Below are positions 7,712-16,987 of a DNA stretch of 32,000 nt, in pieces; position 1 is the first letter of the stretch; each line of letters starts with the position of its first letter. Source of the stretch: Haloferax volcanii DS2 (lineage in GTDB: Archaea > Halobacteriota > Halobacteria > Halobacteriales > Haloferacaceae); contig NC_013967.1 of NCBI RefSeq assembly GCF_000025685.1, positions 2,580,001 through 2,612,000 of the forward strand. The letters are read 5' to 3'. The notes beneath the pieces were generated by a model. It was not told the DNA's origin, ran no database searches, and saw nothing but the letters and a program-made list of their open reading frames with translations. A program made the position numbers and the translations under genes.

Positions 7712-8901
7712 TCGTCGCCTCCCTCGACGCCGCCGTCGGCCTCGGGGCTCGCCTCGGGTCGCTGATCCGTGAGCGAAATCGGACCCGAAGGGTCGCGCTC
7801 GGACAGCGCGCGCTGCGGGAACGGGATCGCGATTCCCTCCTCGTCGAACGCCTCGCTGACGGCCGAGATGGTCGCGGTGCGCGCGCGCCACCACCGCCGA
7901 GCGCTCGGGCGGTCTATCCACGGGCGCACCCCGAGGACGACCGCCGAGTCCCCGAACCGCTTTGCGACGACCTGCGGCTTCGGTACCGACAGCACCTCGT
8001 CGAGGTCTTCGACGGCCGCCTGCGCCACCTCTGCGGCGCGGTCGATGTCGGCGTCGTAGTCGACGCCGACCTCGATGTCGAGGCGGAGCCGCCCCTTTCG
8101 GCTCCGGTTGACGAGGCTCTCCGAACTCACCACGTCGTTCGGAATCATCACGAACTCGCCGTCGAACGTCTGGATACGCGTGTTCACGACCGTGATTTCG
8201 GTGACGATTCCCTCGTGGTCGCCGACTTCGACCCAGTCACCGATTTCGAACGGTCGGGAGAACATGATGACGAAGCCCGCGATGAGCGACCCGAGGGTCT
8301 GTCTCGCGGCCATCCCGACCACGATGCCGAGGAAGCCAGCGCCGACGAGGAAGCCGCCGAGGTCGGCCCGCCAGATACCGAGGATGACCGCGAGCGTGGT
8401 GAGGTAGGTCGTCACCTGCGCGATGCGGTAGATGATTTCGCGCTGGTGGTCCGAAATCTCCGGGCGCGTGCTCGCGATTTCACCGATGAACCGGCCGAGG
8501 ACGCTCGTGAGGACGTACGCGCCGACGACGAACGCCGCCGACAGCGCGATGCGGACGAACGTCTCTCTGCCGAGGTCGTACTGCGCCGAAATCGTGCCGA
8601 TGTCGCCAGACAGCGACCAGAGCGCGAAGACGAACCCCCCGCCGCCGGCGACGACGACGAGTCGAAGCACGGTCACCGAGAGATGCCACACCGGCATCGA
8701 GACGGCCTCGAGTTCCTTGTCGTGGAGCCGAGCGCCGAGCCGCCAGGCGGCGACGACCGCGACGGTCACGAGGACGCTCGCGGCGACGCGGAGTTCGAAC
8801 GTCGGGAACAGCGACGCGATGTCGAGAACCGTACCGCTCTGGAGGGGGGTTGCCGTCGAGGCGAGGCGGAAGAGCACCGCGGCGAGTGCGGGGAGCGTCA
8901 T
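7708..8901 (-). CDS. Mechanosensitive ion channel, MscS family
   Basis: 397 aa. N-terminal TM helices followed by the MscS pore-lining/beta-domain signature (GSLIAGFVIMFSRPFEIGDWVEV...GIVTEITVVNTRIQTFDGEFVMIPN). Confidence 0.9.
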   Translation of the reverse strand: MTLPALAAVLFRLASTATPLQSGTVLDIASLFPTFELRVAASVLVTVAVVAAWRLGARLHDKELEAVSMPVWHLSVTVLRLVVVAGGGGFVFALWSLSGDIGTISAQYDLGRETFVRIALSAAFVVGAYVLTSVLGRFIGEIASTRPEISDHQREIIYRIAQVTTYLTTLAVILGIWRADLGGFLVGAGFLGIVVGMAARQTLGSLIAGFVIMFSRPFEIGDWVEVGDHEGIVTEITVVNTRIQTFDGEFVMIPNDVVSSESLVNRSRKGRLRLDIEVGVDYDADIDRAAEVAQAAVEDLDEVLSVPKPQVVAKRFGDSAVVLGVRPWIDRPSARRWWRARTATISAVSEAFDEEGIAIPFPQRALSERDPSGPISLTDQRPEASPEADGGVEGGDE

Positions 8902-8904
8902 GGA

Positions 8905-9768
8905 TTAGCGGCCGACCGACGCGGCGAGTTGCGCGAGTTCGGCGAACTCGGCGGGTGCCATGTTGCCGGCGCGTTTTCGGAGCACGTCCTCGTCGGCGGC
9001 CTCGACGACCGCTTCGGGGTCCGACAGTCCGGAGATGTGCGCCGTGTTGCGGATGCCGTTTCTGATGGTCTTTCGCCGCTGGGTAAACAGCGCCTTCACG
9101 AAGTCGAGGAAGAACGCCTCGTCGTCGACCTCGTACTCCGGCTCGCGCGGCGTGATGCGGACGACGACGCTCTGGACCGCGGGCTTGGGGTCGAACGCCT
9201 CGCGGGGGACGTGCTCGCAGAGTTCGACTTCGCCGTAGTGTTGGGTGCTCACCGAGAGGCGGCCGTACTCCGAGGTGCCCGCCTCGGCGGCCATCCGCTC
9301 GCCGAACTCCTTTTGGAACATCAACACGAGCGGCTTGCCTCGGGGGAGCAGGCGGAACGAAATCTCCGAGGAGATGCCGTACGGGAGGTTCGAGACGCAC
9401 GCGGTGAACTCGGGGAGGTCGACGTCGAGCGCGTCGCCCTCGACGACGGTGAGCCGGTCCGATTCGACCTCGTCAGCGAACTCGCGGCGCAGGTGCGCGG
9501 CGAACGTCCGGTCCTGTTCGACGACGGTCACGCGGTCGGCCACGCCGAGCAGTCGGTCCGTGAGGACGCCCGGCCCGCCGCCGATTTCGAGGACGTGCGA
9601 GCGGTCCGCCTCCTCGGGGAGATACGTCGGGATGCGGTCGACGACGCGGTCGTCGACGAGGAAGTGCTGGTCGTGGTCCGGGTTCCCGCGAGCGCCCGCC
9701 CGCCGGATGAGGGCGTCCGGGTCGCGCGCGGCGACCTCGCGGACCTGTTCGCTGCCGTCGCTCGTCAT
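8905..9768 (-). CDS. ksgA: 16S rRNA (adenine-N6,N6)-dimethyltransferase KsgA/RsmA (Dim1)
   Basis: 287 aa. QHFLVD, VLEIGGGPGVLT (SAM binding) and VSNLPYGISS motifs. Its stop lies 3 nt before the mscS ATG. Confidence 0.95.
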   Translation of the reverse strand: MTSDGSEQVREVAARDPDALIRRAGARGNPDHDQHFLVDDRVVDRIPTYLPEEADRSHVLEIGGGPGVLTDRLLGVADRVTVVEQDRTFAAHLRREFADEVESDRLTVVEGDALDVDLPEFTACVSNLPYGISSEISFRLLPRGKPLVLMFQKEFGERMAAEAGTSEYGRLSVSTQHYGEVELCEHVPREAFDPKPAVQSVVVRITPREPEYEVDDEAFFLDFVKALFTQRRKTIRNGIRNTAHISGLSDPEAVVEAADEDVLRKRAGNMAPAEFAELAQLAASVGR

Positions 9769-9810
9769 TGGGAGAGGTATCGTGCGGGAGCGGGTAAAAG
9801 TCCCGTTCCG

Positions 9811-10404
9811 CTACTGTCCGTCGCGTCCGACGAACGTCTTGTACTTCACGTCGTTGTCGCGGAGTTCGTCGAGGATGCGCTCGACGATGACCTCCTTCGG
9901 GCGGTGGAGCCCCGAGACGCGTGCTTCGAGGTCCTCGAACGACTCGAACGGTCCCTGTCGCTTCCGCGATTCGAGAATCTTGTCGCGGAGCTTCTTGCCG
10001 ATGCCGGGCAGCAAGTTGAGCTGGTGGAGCCGCAGCGTGATGGGCTGTGCGTCGTTGTAGAAGTCGACGAACCGCCGTTCGTCGGCCTCGACGATGTCCT
10101 CGACGACGTAGTCGACTTCGGCCGTCGCCGTGTTCGAGAGGTCGCCGTACGAGAGCTCTTCGACGGACTGAATCAGCTCGCTGTCGGCGACCGGGGAGAC
10201 GACCAGTCGGTCGCCGATGCTCACGTCGGCGTCTTCGACGAGGGTCAGCTCGAGGAGACGGAAGTCGGACTCTCCGAGCGCGTACGCGATGGGTGCCGCG
10301 TCGAAGCGCCGTCGGTCGTCTCCCTGACGCCCGTGGCGGAGTACGTCGAGTACGACGACGTACTCGGTCGTGGCGTCGGCGTCACCGCTCTCCGTACGTG
10401 TCAT
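9811..10404 (-). CDS. DUF655-family protein (OB-like N-terminal region plus C-terminal helix-hairpin-helix; putative RNA binding)
   Basis: 197 aa. C-terminal HhH signature (LNLLPGIGKKLRDKILESRKRQGPFESFEDL). Sits next to ksgA, as is widely seen in archaea. Confidence 0.85.
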   Translation of the reverse strand: MTRTESGDADATTEYVVVLDVLRHGRQGDDRRRFDAAPIAYALGESDFRLLELTLVEDADVSIGDRLVVSPVADSELIQSVEELSYGDLSNTATAEVDYVVEDIVEADERRFVDFYNDAQPITLRLHQLNLLPGIGKKLRDKILESRKRQGPFESFEDLEARVSGLHRPKEVIVERILDELRDNDVKYKTFVGRDGQ

Positions 10405-10425
10405 ACCAGTAGTTACGGTGAGCCG

Positions 10426-10437
10426 ATATTTAAATAG
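10426..10437 (-). promoter_or_regulatory. TATA box (minus strand CTATTTAAATAT) for the DUF655-ksgA-mscS-methyltransferase operon
   Basis: AT-rich element centred 27 nt upstream of the ATG at 10404, implying a leaderless transcript. Confidence 0.5.
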
Positions 10438-10457
10438 TTGGCCGCGCTGTCACGCGG

Positions 10458-10814
10458 TCAGACGTACTTCGCGACGACGTTGAGGATTTCGTCGAGTTCG
10501 TCGCCCGAGAGCGCGTAGCGCTGCTGGGCGAACACCGCGCGGAGTTCGTCGCGCGACTGCGGGAGGAGGTCCGCGATTTTGATGGCGGTCGGACCGTCGA
10601 CCTTCTCGAGTTCGGCGAGCTCCTCGACGAGTTCGCGAGATTCCTCGGGGTCGAGGTGGGCGAACCGGTTGACGTGTTCTATCGCACGGGCCAGTTCGTA
10701 GCGCATCTCGCGCTCTTCGTCGGCGGCGCGTTCCGCCTCAACCTCGGCGAGCAGTTCCTTGACCTCGGAGGTCGTCAGATACTCCTCGTCGAGCTTTTCT
10801 TTGAAGATGGTCAT
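10458..10814 (-). CDS. rpoF: DNA-directed RNA polymerase subunit F (Rpo4)
   Basis: 118 aa, acidic. Typical RpoF helical repeats (YLTTSEVKELL...AIEHVNRFAHL...AIKIADLLP). 3-nt gap after rpl21e. Confidence 0.9.
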   Translation of the reverse strand: MTIFKEKLDEEYLTTSEVKELLAEVEAERAADEEREMRYELARAIEHVNRFAHLDPEESRELVEELAELEKVDGPTAIKIADLLPQSRDELRAVFAQQRYALSGDELDEILNVVAKYV

Positions 10815-10817
10815 CGC

Positions 10818-11108
10818 TTACTGCTGGGCGCGCAGGTGAGCGGGACGGACGATGACCGTCTTCTCTTTGCCGCCGTCGTTGATCTGAACCTTGAACGCGC
10901 GGCCCTGCTTCCCGGTGACTTCACCGGTGAGACCGTTGAAGCGCGGGTGGAAGCGACCCTCGCGAACGCTCGGGTCGAGGTTGAGGTGGACCTTCTGGCC
11001 CTCCTCGAATTCCGCGATGGCGCGCTGCGGCGGCGAAGTGCCGCGCTCGCGCGGCTTGTTCGAGAGCTTTCCTCGCGTCCCCTTCATCGGACCGTTGGAG
11101 CTCGGCAT
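10818..11108 (-). CDS. rpl21e: 50S ribosomal protein L21e
   Basis: 96 aa from the internal ATG at 11108 of a spuriously long ORF. L21e signature ([23 protein letters not shown]...[13 protein letters not shown]). Confidence 0.95.
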   Translation of the reverse strand: MPSSNGPMKGTRGKLSNKPRERGTSPPQRAIAEFEEGQKVHLNLDPSVREGRFHPRFNGLTGEVTGKQGRAFKVQINDGGKEKTVIVRPAHLRAQQ

Positions 11109-11136
11109 AGTCGTGAGAACGAATACTTGCGTCGCC

Positions 11137-11146
11137 ATTATAAATT
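11137..11146 (-). promoter_or_regulatory. TATA box (minus strand AATTTATAAT) for rpl21e-rpoF
   Basis: TTTATA centred about 30 nt upstream of the rpl21e ATG. Confidence 0.5.
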
Positions 11147-11195
11147 GCACGTTACGAACCGCGCGTGTGTGTCTCCCGCGTGGTCGCGCGGGAGG

Positions 11196-11208
11196 GACGG
11201 ACTTAACC
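11196..11208 (+). promoter_or_regulatory. BRE/TATA-like element GACGGACTTAACC for the cystathionine-synthase-family gene
   Basis: CTTAAC centred about 27 nt upstream of the ATG at 11232. The same 11-mer GACGGACTTAA recurs in the rpl1 promoter (16994-17004, minus strand). Confidence 0.4.
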
Positions 11209-11231
11209 CGAGTCGGCGCGGCGCTTCTCGT

Positions 11232-12392
11232 ATGTCCGAAGACGAGCGGCGCATCGAGACGCGCGCCATCCACGCGGGACAGGAGCCCGACGAGGAGACG
11301 GGGGCGCTCATGACGCCCATCTACGCGAACTCGACGTACGCCCAAGACGGGCCGGGCGACCACCGCGGCTACGAGTACTCCCGCACCGGGAACCCGACGC
11401 GAACCGACCTGGAATCGAACCTCGCGGCGCTCGAACACGGCTCGTACGGCCGCGCCTTCGCCTCGGGGATGGGCTCGATAAACACCGCGCTCAACCTCCT
11501 CGAAGCGGGCGACCACGTCGTCGCCGGCAACGACGTCTACGGCGGCACCCACCGCATCTTCACGCAGGTGTACGAGAAGTACGACCTCGAATTCGACTTC
11601 GTCGACACCACCGACCACGACGCCGTCCGCGACGCCGTCAGCGAGGAGACCGAACTCGTGTGGGTCGAGACGCCGACGAATCCCCTCATGCGCGTCAACG
11701 ACATCGGCGCGCTCGCCGACATCGCCCACGAGGTCGACGCGCTCTGCGCCGTCGACAACACCTTCGCCACGCCGTACCTCCAGCGCCCGCTCGACCACGG
11801 CGCGGACATCGTCTCGCACTCGCTGACGAAGTACCTCGGCGGCCACTCCGACGTCGTCGGCGGCGCGCTCGTCACCGACGACGAGGAACTCGACGAGAAA
11901 CTCGGCTTCTACCAGAACTCCGTCGGCGCGACGCCCTCGCCGTTCGACTGCTTCCTCGTCCTCCGCGGGACGAAGACGCTCCCGGTTCGGATGGACCGCC
12001 ACTGCGACAACGCCCGCGACCTCGCCGCGTGGCTCGACGACCACGAGGCGGTCTCCGAGGTGTTCTACCCCGGACTGGACTCCCACCCGCAACACGACCT
12101 CGCGGCCGAGCAGATGGACGACTTCGGCGGGATGCTCTCGTTCGAACTCGACGGCCCGCTCGAACAGGCCTCGACCGTCGTCGAGGAGACCGGGGTGTTC
12201 ACGCTCGCCGAGAGCCTCGGCGGCGTCGAGAGCCTCATCGAACAGCCCGCGGCGATGACCCACGCGGCCATCCCCCGCGAGGAGCGCCTCGAAGCGGGCC
12301 TCACCGACGGCCTCATCCGCGTCTCGGTCGGCATCGAGCACATCGACGACATGAAGGCCGACCTCCAGCGGGCGTTCGACGCGGCGTTCTGA
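11232..12392 (+). CDS. PLP-dependent Cys/Met-metabolism enzyme (cystathionine gamma-synthase/gamma-lyase or O-acylhomoserine sulfhydrylase family)
   Basis: 386 aa from the ATG at 11232. TRAIHAGQ N-terminus. PLP-lysine motif [12 protein letters not shown]-terminal LIRVSVGIE. Confidence 0.9.
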   Translation: MSEDERRIETRAIHAGQEPDEETGALMTPIYANSTYAQDGPGDHRGYEYSRTGNPTRTDLESNLAALEHGSYGRAFASGMGSINTALNLLEAGDHVVAGNDVYGGTHRIFTQVYEKYDLEFDFVDTTDHDAVRDAVSEETELVWVETPTNPLMRVNDIGALADIAHEVDALCAVDNTFATPYLQRPLDHGADIVSHSLTKYLGGHSDVVGGALVTDDEELDEKLGFYQNSVGATPSPFDCFLVLRGTKTLPVRMDRHCDNARDLAAWLDDHEAVSEVFYPGLDSHPQHDLAAEQMDDFGGMLSFELDGPLEQASTVVEETGVFTLAESLGGVESLIEQPAAMTHAAIPREERLEAGLTDGLIRVSVGIEHIDDMKADLQRAFDAAF

Positions 12393-12522
12393 GGCTCGGA
12401 CCCCGCGACTCGTCCGCACGCGCCCGCCCTCGCGCACCCTCACGCACCAGTGGTCGACCAGTCGTTGCCGCAGATTGGGAACGCGAGTAAGGGTTATTGA
12501 ATAGCACGATGAATAGTGAAGT

Positions 12523-12780
12523 ATGTCCCAGGAGTCAGTCTCCCTGAGCGCGGAGTCCGCACAGCGACAGAGCTACGCCGAACCGACCGACAGCGTGACG
12601 GTCGATTCCGACGACCACGAGGGGTCGAGCCACAGCGCCGAGCAGTTCGGTATCGGACTGTCTCTCGGGTTCCTCCTCGGCGGCGTCGCGGGCGTCATCG
12701 GCAACTCGCTACCCATCGGCGTGATGCTCGGGCTCACGTTCGGCGTCGTCCTCGGCGTCTACTTCATGGAGCGCCGCTGA
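12523..12780 (+). CDS. Small membrane protein (acidic N-terminus, two Gly-rich TM segments)
   Basis: 85 aa. GC3-rich frame. TM-like segment [42 protein letters not shown]-rich TATA-like sequence about 25 nt upstream. Confidence 0.55.
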   Translation: MSQESVSLSAESAQRQSYAEPTDSVTVDSDDHEGSSHSAEQFGIGLSLGFLLGGVAGVIGNSLPIGVMLGLTFGVVLGVYFMERR

Positions 12781-12835
12781 CGACGGGCGACGCGGTCGCT
12801 CCGGGACTTGCCTGCGAAAAAGGTCGGTCGTCCGT

Positions 12836-13102
12836 TCAGATACGGCCGACGTTCTCGACGGAGACGCTCTCGACGCCTTCGACTTCGATGAACGCTTCCT
12901 CGACGGCCTCGGTGCCGCCGGCGTCGTCGGGGACGATGACGGTTGGCAGGAGGGCGACGAGTCCGAACGCGACGTCGTCGCGTTCGAAGCCCTTGATTTT
13001 CGCACCCTCGGGCAGAGAGTCTTCGAGCGCGTCCTCGAGGCTGTCGAGGTCGAGTTCGGGGCTGTTCGGCATGACCTTGATTTTAGCAGCTACTTTTCCC
13101 AT
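12836..13102 (-). CDS. ef1b: Translation elongation factor aEF-1 beta
   Basis: 88 aa from the ATG at 13102. [12 protein letters not shown]...AFGLVAL signature of aEF-1beta. Confidence 0.93.
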   Translation of the reverse strand: MGKVAAKIKVMPNSPELDLDSLEDALEDSLPEGAKIKGFERDDVAFGLVALLPTVIVPDDAGGTEAVEEAFIEVEGVESVSVENVGRI

Positions 13103-13104
13103 GA

Positions 13105-13284
13105 TTATGGACCCATGAAGCCGCAGTCGGGACACTCGTAGAGGTTGCTCTGCTTGCGGCACTTGGAACAACGCGAAATCTCCTGGCCGCAGTCGGGGCA
13201 CTTGAACGTCGCCGCGCTCATGCCGGCGATGTTGATGCCACAGGACACACACTGGTGCGCGTGTCGCTGTTCGGACTCGCTCAT
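13105..13284 (-). CDS. Four-CxxC zinc-finger microprotein (59 aa; resembles the Haloferax volcanii HVO_2753 type, from memory)
   Basis: [59 protein letters not shown] carries four CxxC pairs (CVSCG, CPDCG, CSKCR, CPDCG). The stop lies 2 nt before the ef1b ATG. Confidence 0.9.
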   Translation of the reverse strand: MSESEQRHAHQCVSCGINIAGMSAATFKCPDCGQEISRCSKCRKQSNLYECPDCGFMGP

Positions 13285-13302
13285 ACGCTCATAAACCGGC
13301 GC

Positions 13303-13328
13303 GCGACTTTTAACCGTTGTCTTTCCGG
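13303..13328 (-). promoter_or_regulatory. BRE/TATA promoter module (minus strand CCGGAAAGACAACGGTTAAAAGTCGC) for the Zn-finger/ef1b operon
   Basis: TTAAAA lies at -29 to -24 relative to the ATG at 13284, with exactly 18 nt between GTCGC and the ATG. Nearly identical to the module at 17708-17732. Confidence 0.55.
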
Positions 13329-13367
13329 GTTCCTGCGGGGGAAATCCGTGGCCCGCGTGGACACGGC

Positions 13368-14651
13368 TCACCCGAGCGCCAACGGTCCCATGAGGACGCA
13401 CATCAGGTGGACGCGCCGACAGCCGAACCGGACGGGGAGGTGCCCGACGACCGCGGCGACGACGAGGACGGCGACGCCGCCGCCCCCCGCGAACGCCCAC
13501 GAGAGCGCGACGAGCAGGGCGCAGACGGCGGCGACGAGTCGGCGCTGGTCGAGCCGTCCGACGACCGCGAGCGCCCGGTCACCGACGACCGGCACCAACC
13601 CCGCCCCGCAGAGCCCCGAGACCACCGTCACCGGCACTGCGAGACCGAGTCCCGTCGGGAGTTCCGCTTCGGTGAGCGCGACGAGTGCGCCCGTTCTGGG
13701 CGTTCCCAGGCCGGCGAGCGCGAACAGCGCGAACACCGTCGTCGCCGTCGTGGCGGCGCTGGTCGCGGTGACGTAGGCCCGCGTCGATTCGTCGGGGTCG
13801 CGGCCGGGGAGAACGGCCAACGCGAGCGTGCCGGCGACCCCCGCGGAGACGCCGGGCAGATAACCGACGAACGCCCCGCCGCCGGTCCCAGCGGCGACGC
13901 TCCGCGCGACCGACCCCGGCGACGTTGCGAGCGCGGCGTCGCCCTGCGGCGGCACGCCGGAGCCCCGCCGCGCCGCCAAGAGGACCGGGACGCCGAACAG
14001 CCCGGCCAAAAGCGGGGCCAACACGCCGCCGACGGGGAGCGGCCCCCCGAACGGCCGGTCGAGGACTGCGAGTCCGAGTCCCGTCGAGGCGGCGATGGTC
14101 ACGCAGGCCGCCAGCTTCGCCCGCCGGCTCGGTTCGGTCCAGACGAGCGCGGCGGCGACGCCGACCAGAACCAGCCACAGGTGGTCGCGGACGACGGGGT
14201 AGCCCTCGACCAGCACCTCCGTGAGCGGCACCGCGACCGGCACCGCCAGACAGAGCGCCGCACCGCTGCCGAGCGCCGACAGCCGAAGCGCCTCCCGCCC
14301 GCGCCCGCCGAGGACGAGTTCGTGCGCCGGCAACGCGCCCGGCGCGAGCGCGGCGTCGGGCACGCCGAGCGTCAACGCCGGCACCACGTCGAGGAACGTG
14401 TGGACGGTCGACGCGGCGAGGACGGCCGCCGCGACTGCGACCGGCGGGCCGGGGAACTCCGAGGCGACTCCGGCGAGAAGCAGGGCAAAGGCGTTGGCGT
14501 GGAGACCGGGGACCAGCCCCGAGCAGGTTCCGAGGCAGACGCCGGCGACCACGCCGAGGAGGGCCGCGGTCGTCGGGTCGACCGCGGCGGACGACGCGAG
14601 CGTCGCCACTCGGCCGAGGTGGGTGACGGCCGCGCCGCCGATGAGGAGCAT
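13368..14651 (-). CDS. Polytopic membrane protein, TctA/DUF112-like
   Basis: 427 aa, Ala/Gly/Val/Leu-rich with more than 10 predicted TM helices. Repeated G-x-x-P-G motifs ([23 protein letters not shown]) recall the TctA-family signature. Family assignment by eye only. Confidence 0.7.
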   Translation of the reverse strand: MLLIGGAAVTHLGRVATLASSAAVDPTTAALLGVVAGVCLGTCSGLVPGLHANAFALLLAGVASEFPGPPVAVAAAVLAASTVHTFLDVVPALTLGVPDAALAPGALPAHELVLGGRGREALRLSALGSGAALCLAVPVAVPLTEVLVEGYPVVRDHLWLVLVGVAAALVWTEPSRRAKLAACVTIAASTGLGLAVLDRPFGGPLPVGGVLAPLLAGLFGVPVLLAARRGSGVPPQGDAALATSPGSVARSVAAGTGGGAFVGYLPGVSAGVAGTLALAVLPGRDPDESTRAYVTATSAATTATTVFALFALAGLGTPRTGALVALTEAELPTGLGLAVPVTVVSGLCGAGLVPVVGDRALAVVGRLDQRRLVAAVCALLVALSWAFAGGGGVAVLVVAAVVGHLPVRFGCRRVHLMCVLMGPLALG

Positions 14652-14859
14652 CGAGGCGGAGTGGCCGCGGCTTCGGGTATGAAACTACGCGCCGCAGCGC
14701 GCCCTCGTCGCCACCGACGCCGACGGCGATGCTGGCGCTGCCGGCGCGGTCAGTATCCGAGTCGGGAGACGGACGGAGCCGCCGCTTGCGGGTTCCATCG
14801 AAAGAAATCGGAGTTTCGAAGCGAGCGTCGCCGCGGGTGCGGCGGGGTCTCGCGAGAGT

Positions 14860-15201
14860 TTAGCCGAAGAGCGCGCCGAGGCCCTCGCCGTCGGCTTCTT
14901 CGTCGTCGTCGCCGTCGTCGTCGCCGCCTTCGTCAGCGGCCTCTTCTTCGGCGTCTTCCTCGTCGTCGTCGTCAGCGGCCTCGACCTCGCCACCGGCGGA
15001 ACCGCCCGCAGCGGGCGCGGGGGCAGCGGCGGCCGTCTCGATGGCCTCTTCGATGTCGACGTCCTCGAGCGCGGCGACGAGCGCCTTGACACGGGATTCT
15101 TCGACATCGACACCGGCGGCCTCGAGGACCGCGGTGATGTTCTCTTCGTTGACCTCTTCGTCCGACTCGTTCAGGATGAGCGCAGCGTAGACGTATTCCA
15201 T
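14860..15201 (-). CDS. rpl12: 50S ribosomal stalk protein P1 (L12e)
   Basis: 113 aa. [11 protein letters not shown]-terminus, Ala-rich hinge, poly-acidic tail ending GLGALFG. Confidence 0.95.
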   Translation of the reverse strand: MEYVYAALILNESDEEVNEENITAVLEAAGVDVEESRVKALVAALEDVDIEEAIETAAAAPAPAAGGSAGGEVEAADDDDEEDAEEEAADEGGDDDGDDDEEADGEGLGALFG

Positions 15202-15222
15202 TGTTGTGTACCTTGTGTGTTG

Positions 15223-16269
15223 TTAGAACAGGGAGCCGAGGGCGTCGCCAGCGTCTTCGTCGTCGCCGTCGTCGTCGGCGGCGTCGTCGTCTTCGGCGGC
15301 GTCTGCCTGGTCGGCGTCCGCTGCTTCTTCGTCAGTCGATTCTTCTTCCTCGGCGGCACCCGTGTCAGCCGCGGACACGCCGCGGAGTTCCTCGGGAAGC
15401 GCCTCTTCGTCGTCGATGTTCGCCGCGAGCGCCCGAAGCTGGGCGTCCGCCTTCGAGATGAGCTCGGGCATGAAGTCCGGGCTCTCGATGTTGGCGAACA
15501 GACCGACGGCCTTGGCCTCGCTCGTCGCCTTGGCGATGAGCGTCGGCGCGGTCTGGGCGGTCGGGTAGACCGCGTTGACAGAGAGGTTCGTCGCGGCGGA
15601 GACGGCCGACTGGATGTCGGCGCGGTACTCGTCCACGTCGATGGCGAGTTCGTCGGGCTCGAACAGGACGCCTTCGGAGAAGACGCCGCGGAGGTCGAGA
15701 CCGACCTCCTTGGGCTCGATGCCGAGTTCCGCCAGGACGTTCGCGAGTTCCTCGGAGACTTCCTCGCCCTCGGAGAGGACGTTGGAGTCTTCCGTCACCA
15801 TGATCGAGCCGTCCATGATGCGGGCGGACGCCCCGACCTGCTGGAGTTCGCCGACGAACGGACCCGGGTCGACACCGGTGTCACCCTCGGGGATGACGAT
15901 GTCGTTCGGGGCGACTTCACCGGCGTTGATGGGCGCGGGCGTCTTCGACGCCTCGAGCTCCTTGAACAGGGCGAACGGGTTGTCGTTCGTGCCGATGAGG
16001 GCGACCTGCCCGGCGATGTACTCCTTGAGCTCCTCGAAGCCGTCGTTGACTTCGTCGAGCGCGCGGTTCACGAGCGTGTTCCGGCTCATGCGCACGGCGG
16101 CCGAGCCGTGAAGCTCGCGGCGCATGGACTGAAGCTGGCGGCTCGGAATGCCTGCGACGCCGACGACGCCGACGGATTCGTAGGATTCGATGAAGTCGAC
16201 GAGCTCGTCGACCTCTTCACGCTTCCACTGCGGGATGACCTCGGTCTGCCGAACCTCGGATTCGCTCAT
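15223..16269 (-). CDS. rpl10: 50S ribosomal stalk protein P0 (L10e)
   Basis: 348 aa. [14 protein letters not shown]-terminus and acidic C-terminal tail ending ALGSLF. The ATG overlaps the rpl1 stop (ATGA at 16266-16269). Confidence 0.95.
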   Translation of the reverse strand: MSESEVRQTEVIPQWKREEVDELVDFIESYESVGVVGVAGIPSRQLQSMRRELHGSAAVRMSRNTLVNRALDEVNDGFEELKEYIAGQVALIGTNDNPFALFKELEASKTPAPINAGEVAPNDIVIPEGDTGVDPGPFVGELQQVGASARIMDGSIMVTEDSNVLSEGEEVSEELANVLAELGIEPKEVGLDLRGVFSEGVLFEPDELAIDVDEYRADIQSAVSAATNLSVNAVYPTAQTAPTLIAKATSEAKAVGLFANIESPDFMPELISKADAQLRALAANIDDEEALPEELRGVSAADTGAAEEEESTDEEAADADQADAAEDDDAADDDGDDEDAGDALGSLF

Positions 16270-16904
16270 GCGGGCACCTCCACGGACGGCCCCATCGTCG
16301 TCTTCACGTAGACGGAATCGATGTTGAGCGGGCCCTTTTCGAGCGTCGCTTCGAGACGACGGACGATGACGTCGATGTTCTCCGCGATTTCGTCGGGCGT
16401 CATGTCGTCTGCGCCGACGCGCGTGTGGAACGTCCGACGGTCACGCGAGCGGAGCTGCACCGTGTTCTTCATCCGGTTCACCGTCTCGACGACGTCGTCG
16501 TCGGGCTGAAGCGGGGTCGGCATCTTACCACGGGGACCGAGCACGGTACCGAGGTAGCGACCGATGTCCTGCATCAGTCCAGCCTCGGCAACGAAGAAGT
16601 CGGTCTCGTCGGCAAGGTCTTTCGCCGCATCGGTGTCGTCGCCGAAGTCTTCGAGCTCATCGGGCCCGAGAACTTCGTCGGCGGCATCCTCTGCGCGGAG
16701 CGCGGTTTCACCGGTCGCGAACACCACAATCTGGGTGTCCTGGCCGGTGCCAGACGGGAGCACGATGCTCTCGTCGACACGCTTCGACGGGTCGTTAAGA
16801 TCTAAGTCTCGCAAGTTCACGGCGAGGTCAACCGTTTCGCGGAAGTTCCGCCCGGGTGCCTCGTCGAGAGCGCGAGAGACTGCGTCAACTATTGTGTCTG
16901 CCAT
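16266..16904 (-). CDS. rpl1: 50S ribosomal protein L1
   Basis: 212 aa. L1 signatures ([25 protein letters not shown]). Strong SD GGAGGTGA 4 nt upstream. Confidence 0.95.
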   Translation of the reverse strand: MADTIVDAVSRALDEAPGRNFRETVDLAVNLRDLDLNDPSKRVDESIVLPSGTGQDTQIVVFATGETALRAEDAADEVLGPDELEDFGDDTDAAKDLADETDFFVAEAGLMQDIGRYLGTVLGPRGKMPTPLQPDDDVVETVNRMKNTVQLRSRDRRTFHTRVGADDMTPDEIAENIDVIVRRLEATLEKGPLNIDSVYVKTTMGPSVEVPA

Positions 16905-16969
16905 TATTCACCTCCGTAGTACGCAGGATTGCTCCTACGGGTCAGTGAAACAGGCTACTGCCTGCCTCG
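16905..16969 (-). promoter_or_regulatory. Structured 5' leader of the rpl1-rpl10-rpl12 operon (candidate L1 autoregulatory site)
   Basis: The minus strand folds as CCGUA-[GGA-GCAA-UCC]-UGCGUAC-UACGG (16914-16940). That is an outer stem, an asymmetric internal loop and an inner stem capped by a GCAA tetraloop. Its 3' arm overlaps the SD (16908-15). The 5' extent of the leader is inferred from the TATA-like box at 16992-16999. Confidence 0.4.
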
Positions 16970-16987
16970 TCCGGCAGGACGAGTAGG

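Noticed and set aside
12498-12516. Direct repeat TGAATAG-N5-TGAATAG immediately upstream of the small membrane protein gene.
   Set aside because: It lies within the AT-rich TATA region where low complexity makes short repeats likely. I cannot separate it from ordinary promoter sequence without comparative data.
14880-15340. Runs of GTCGTC/GCCGCC triplet repeats that look like microsatellite or spacer-repeat structure.
   Set aside because: They are the antisense of GAC/GAG/GCC codons encoding the poly-acidic and Ala-rich stalk tails of ribosomal proteins P1 and P0. The periodicity is strictly 3 nt and in frame. They are not a CRISPR array or non-coding repeat.
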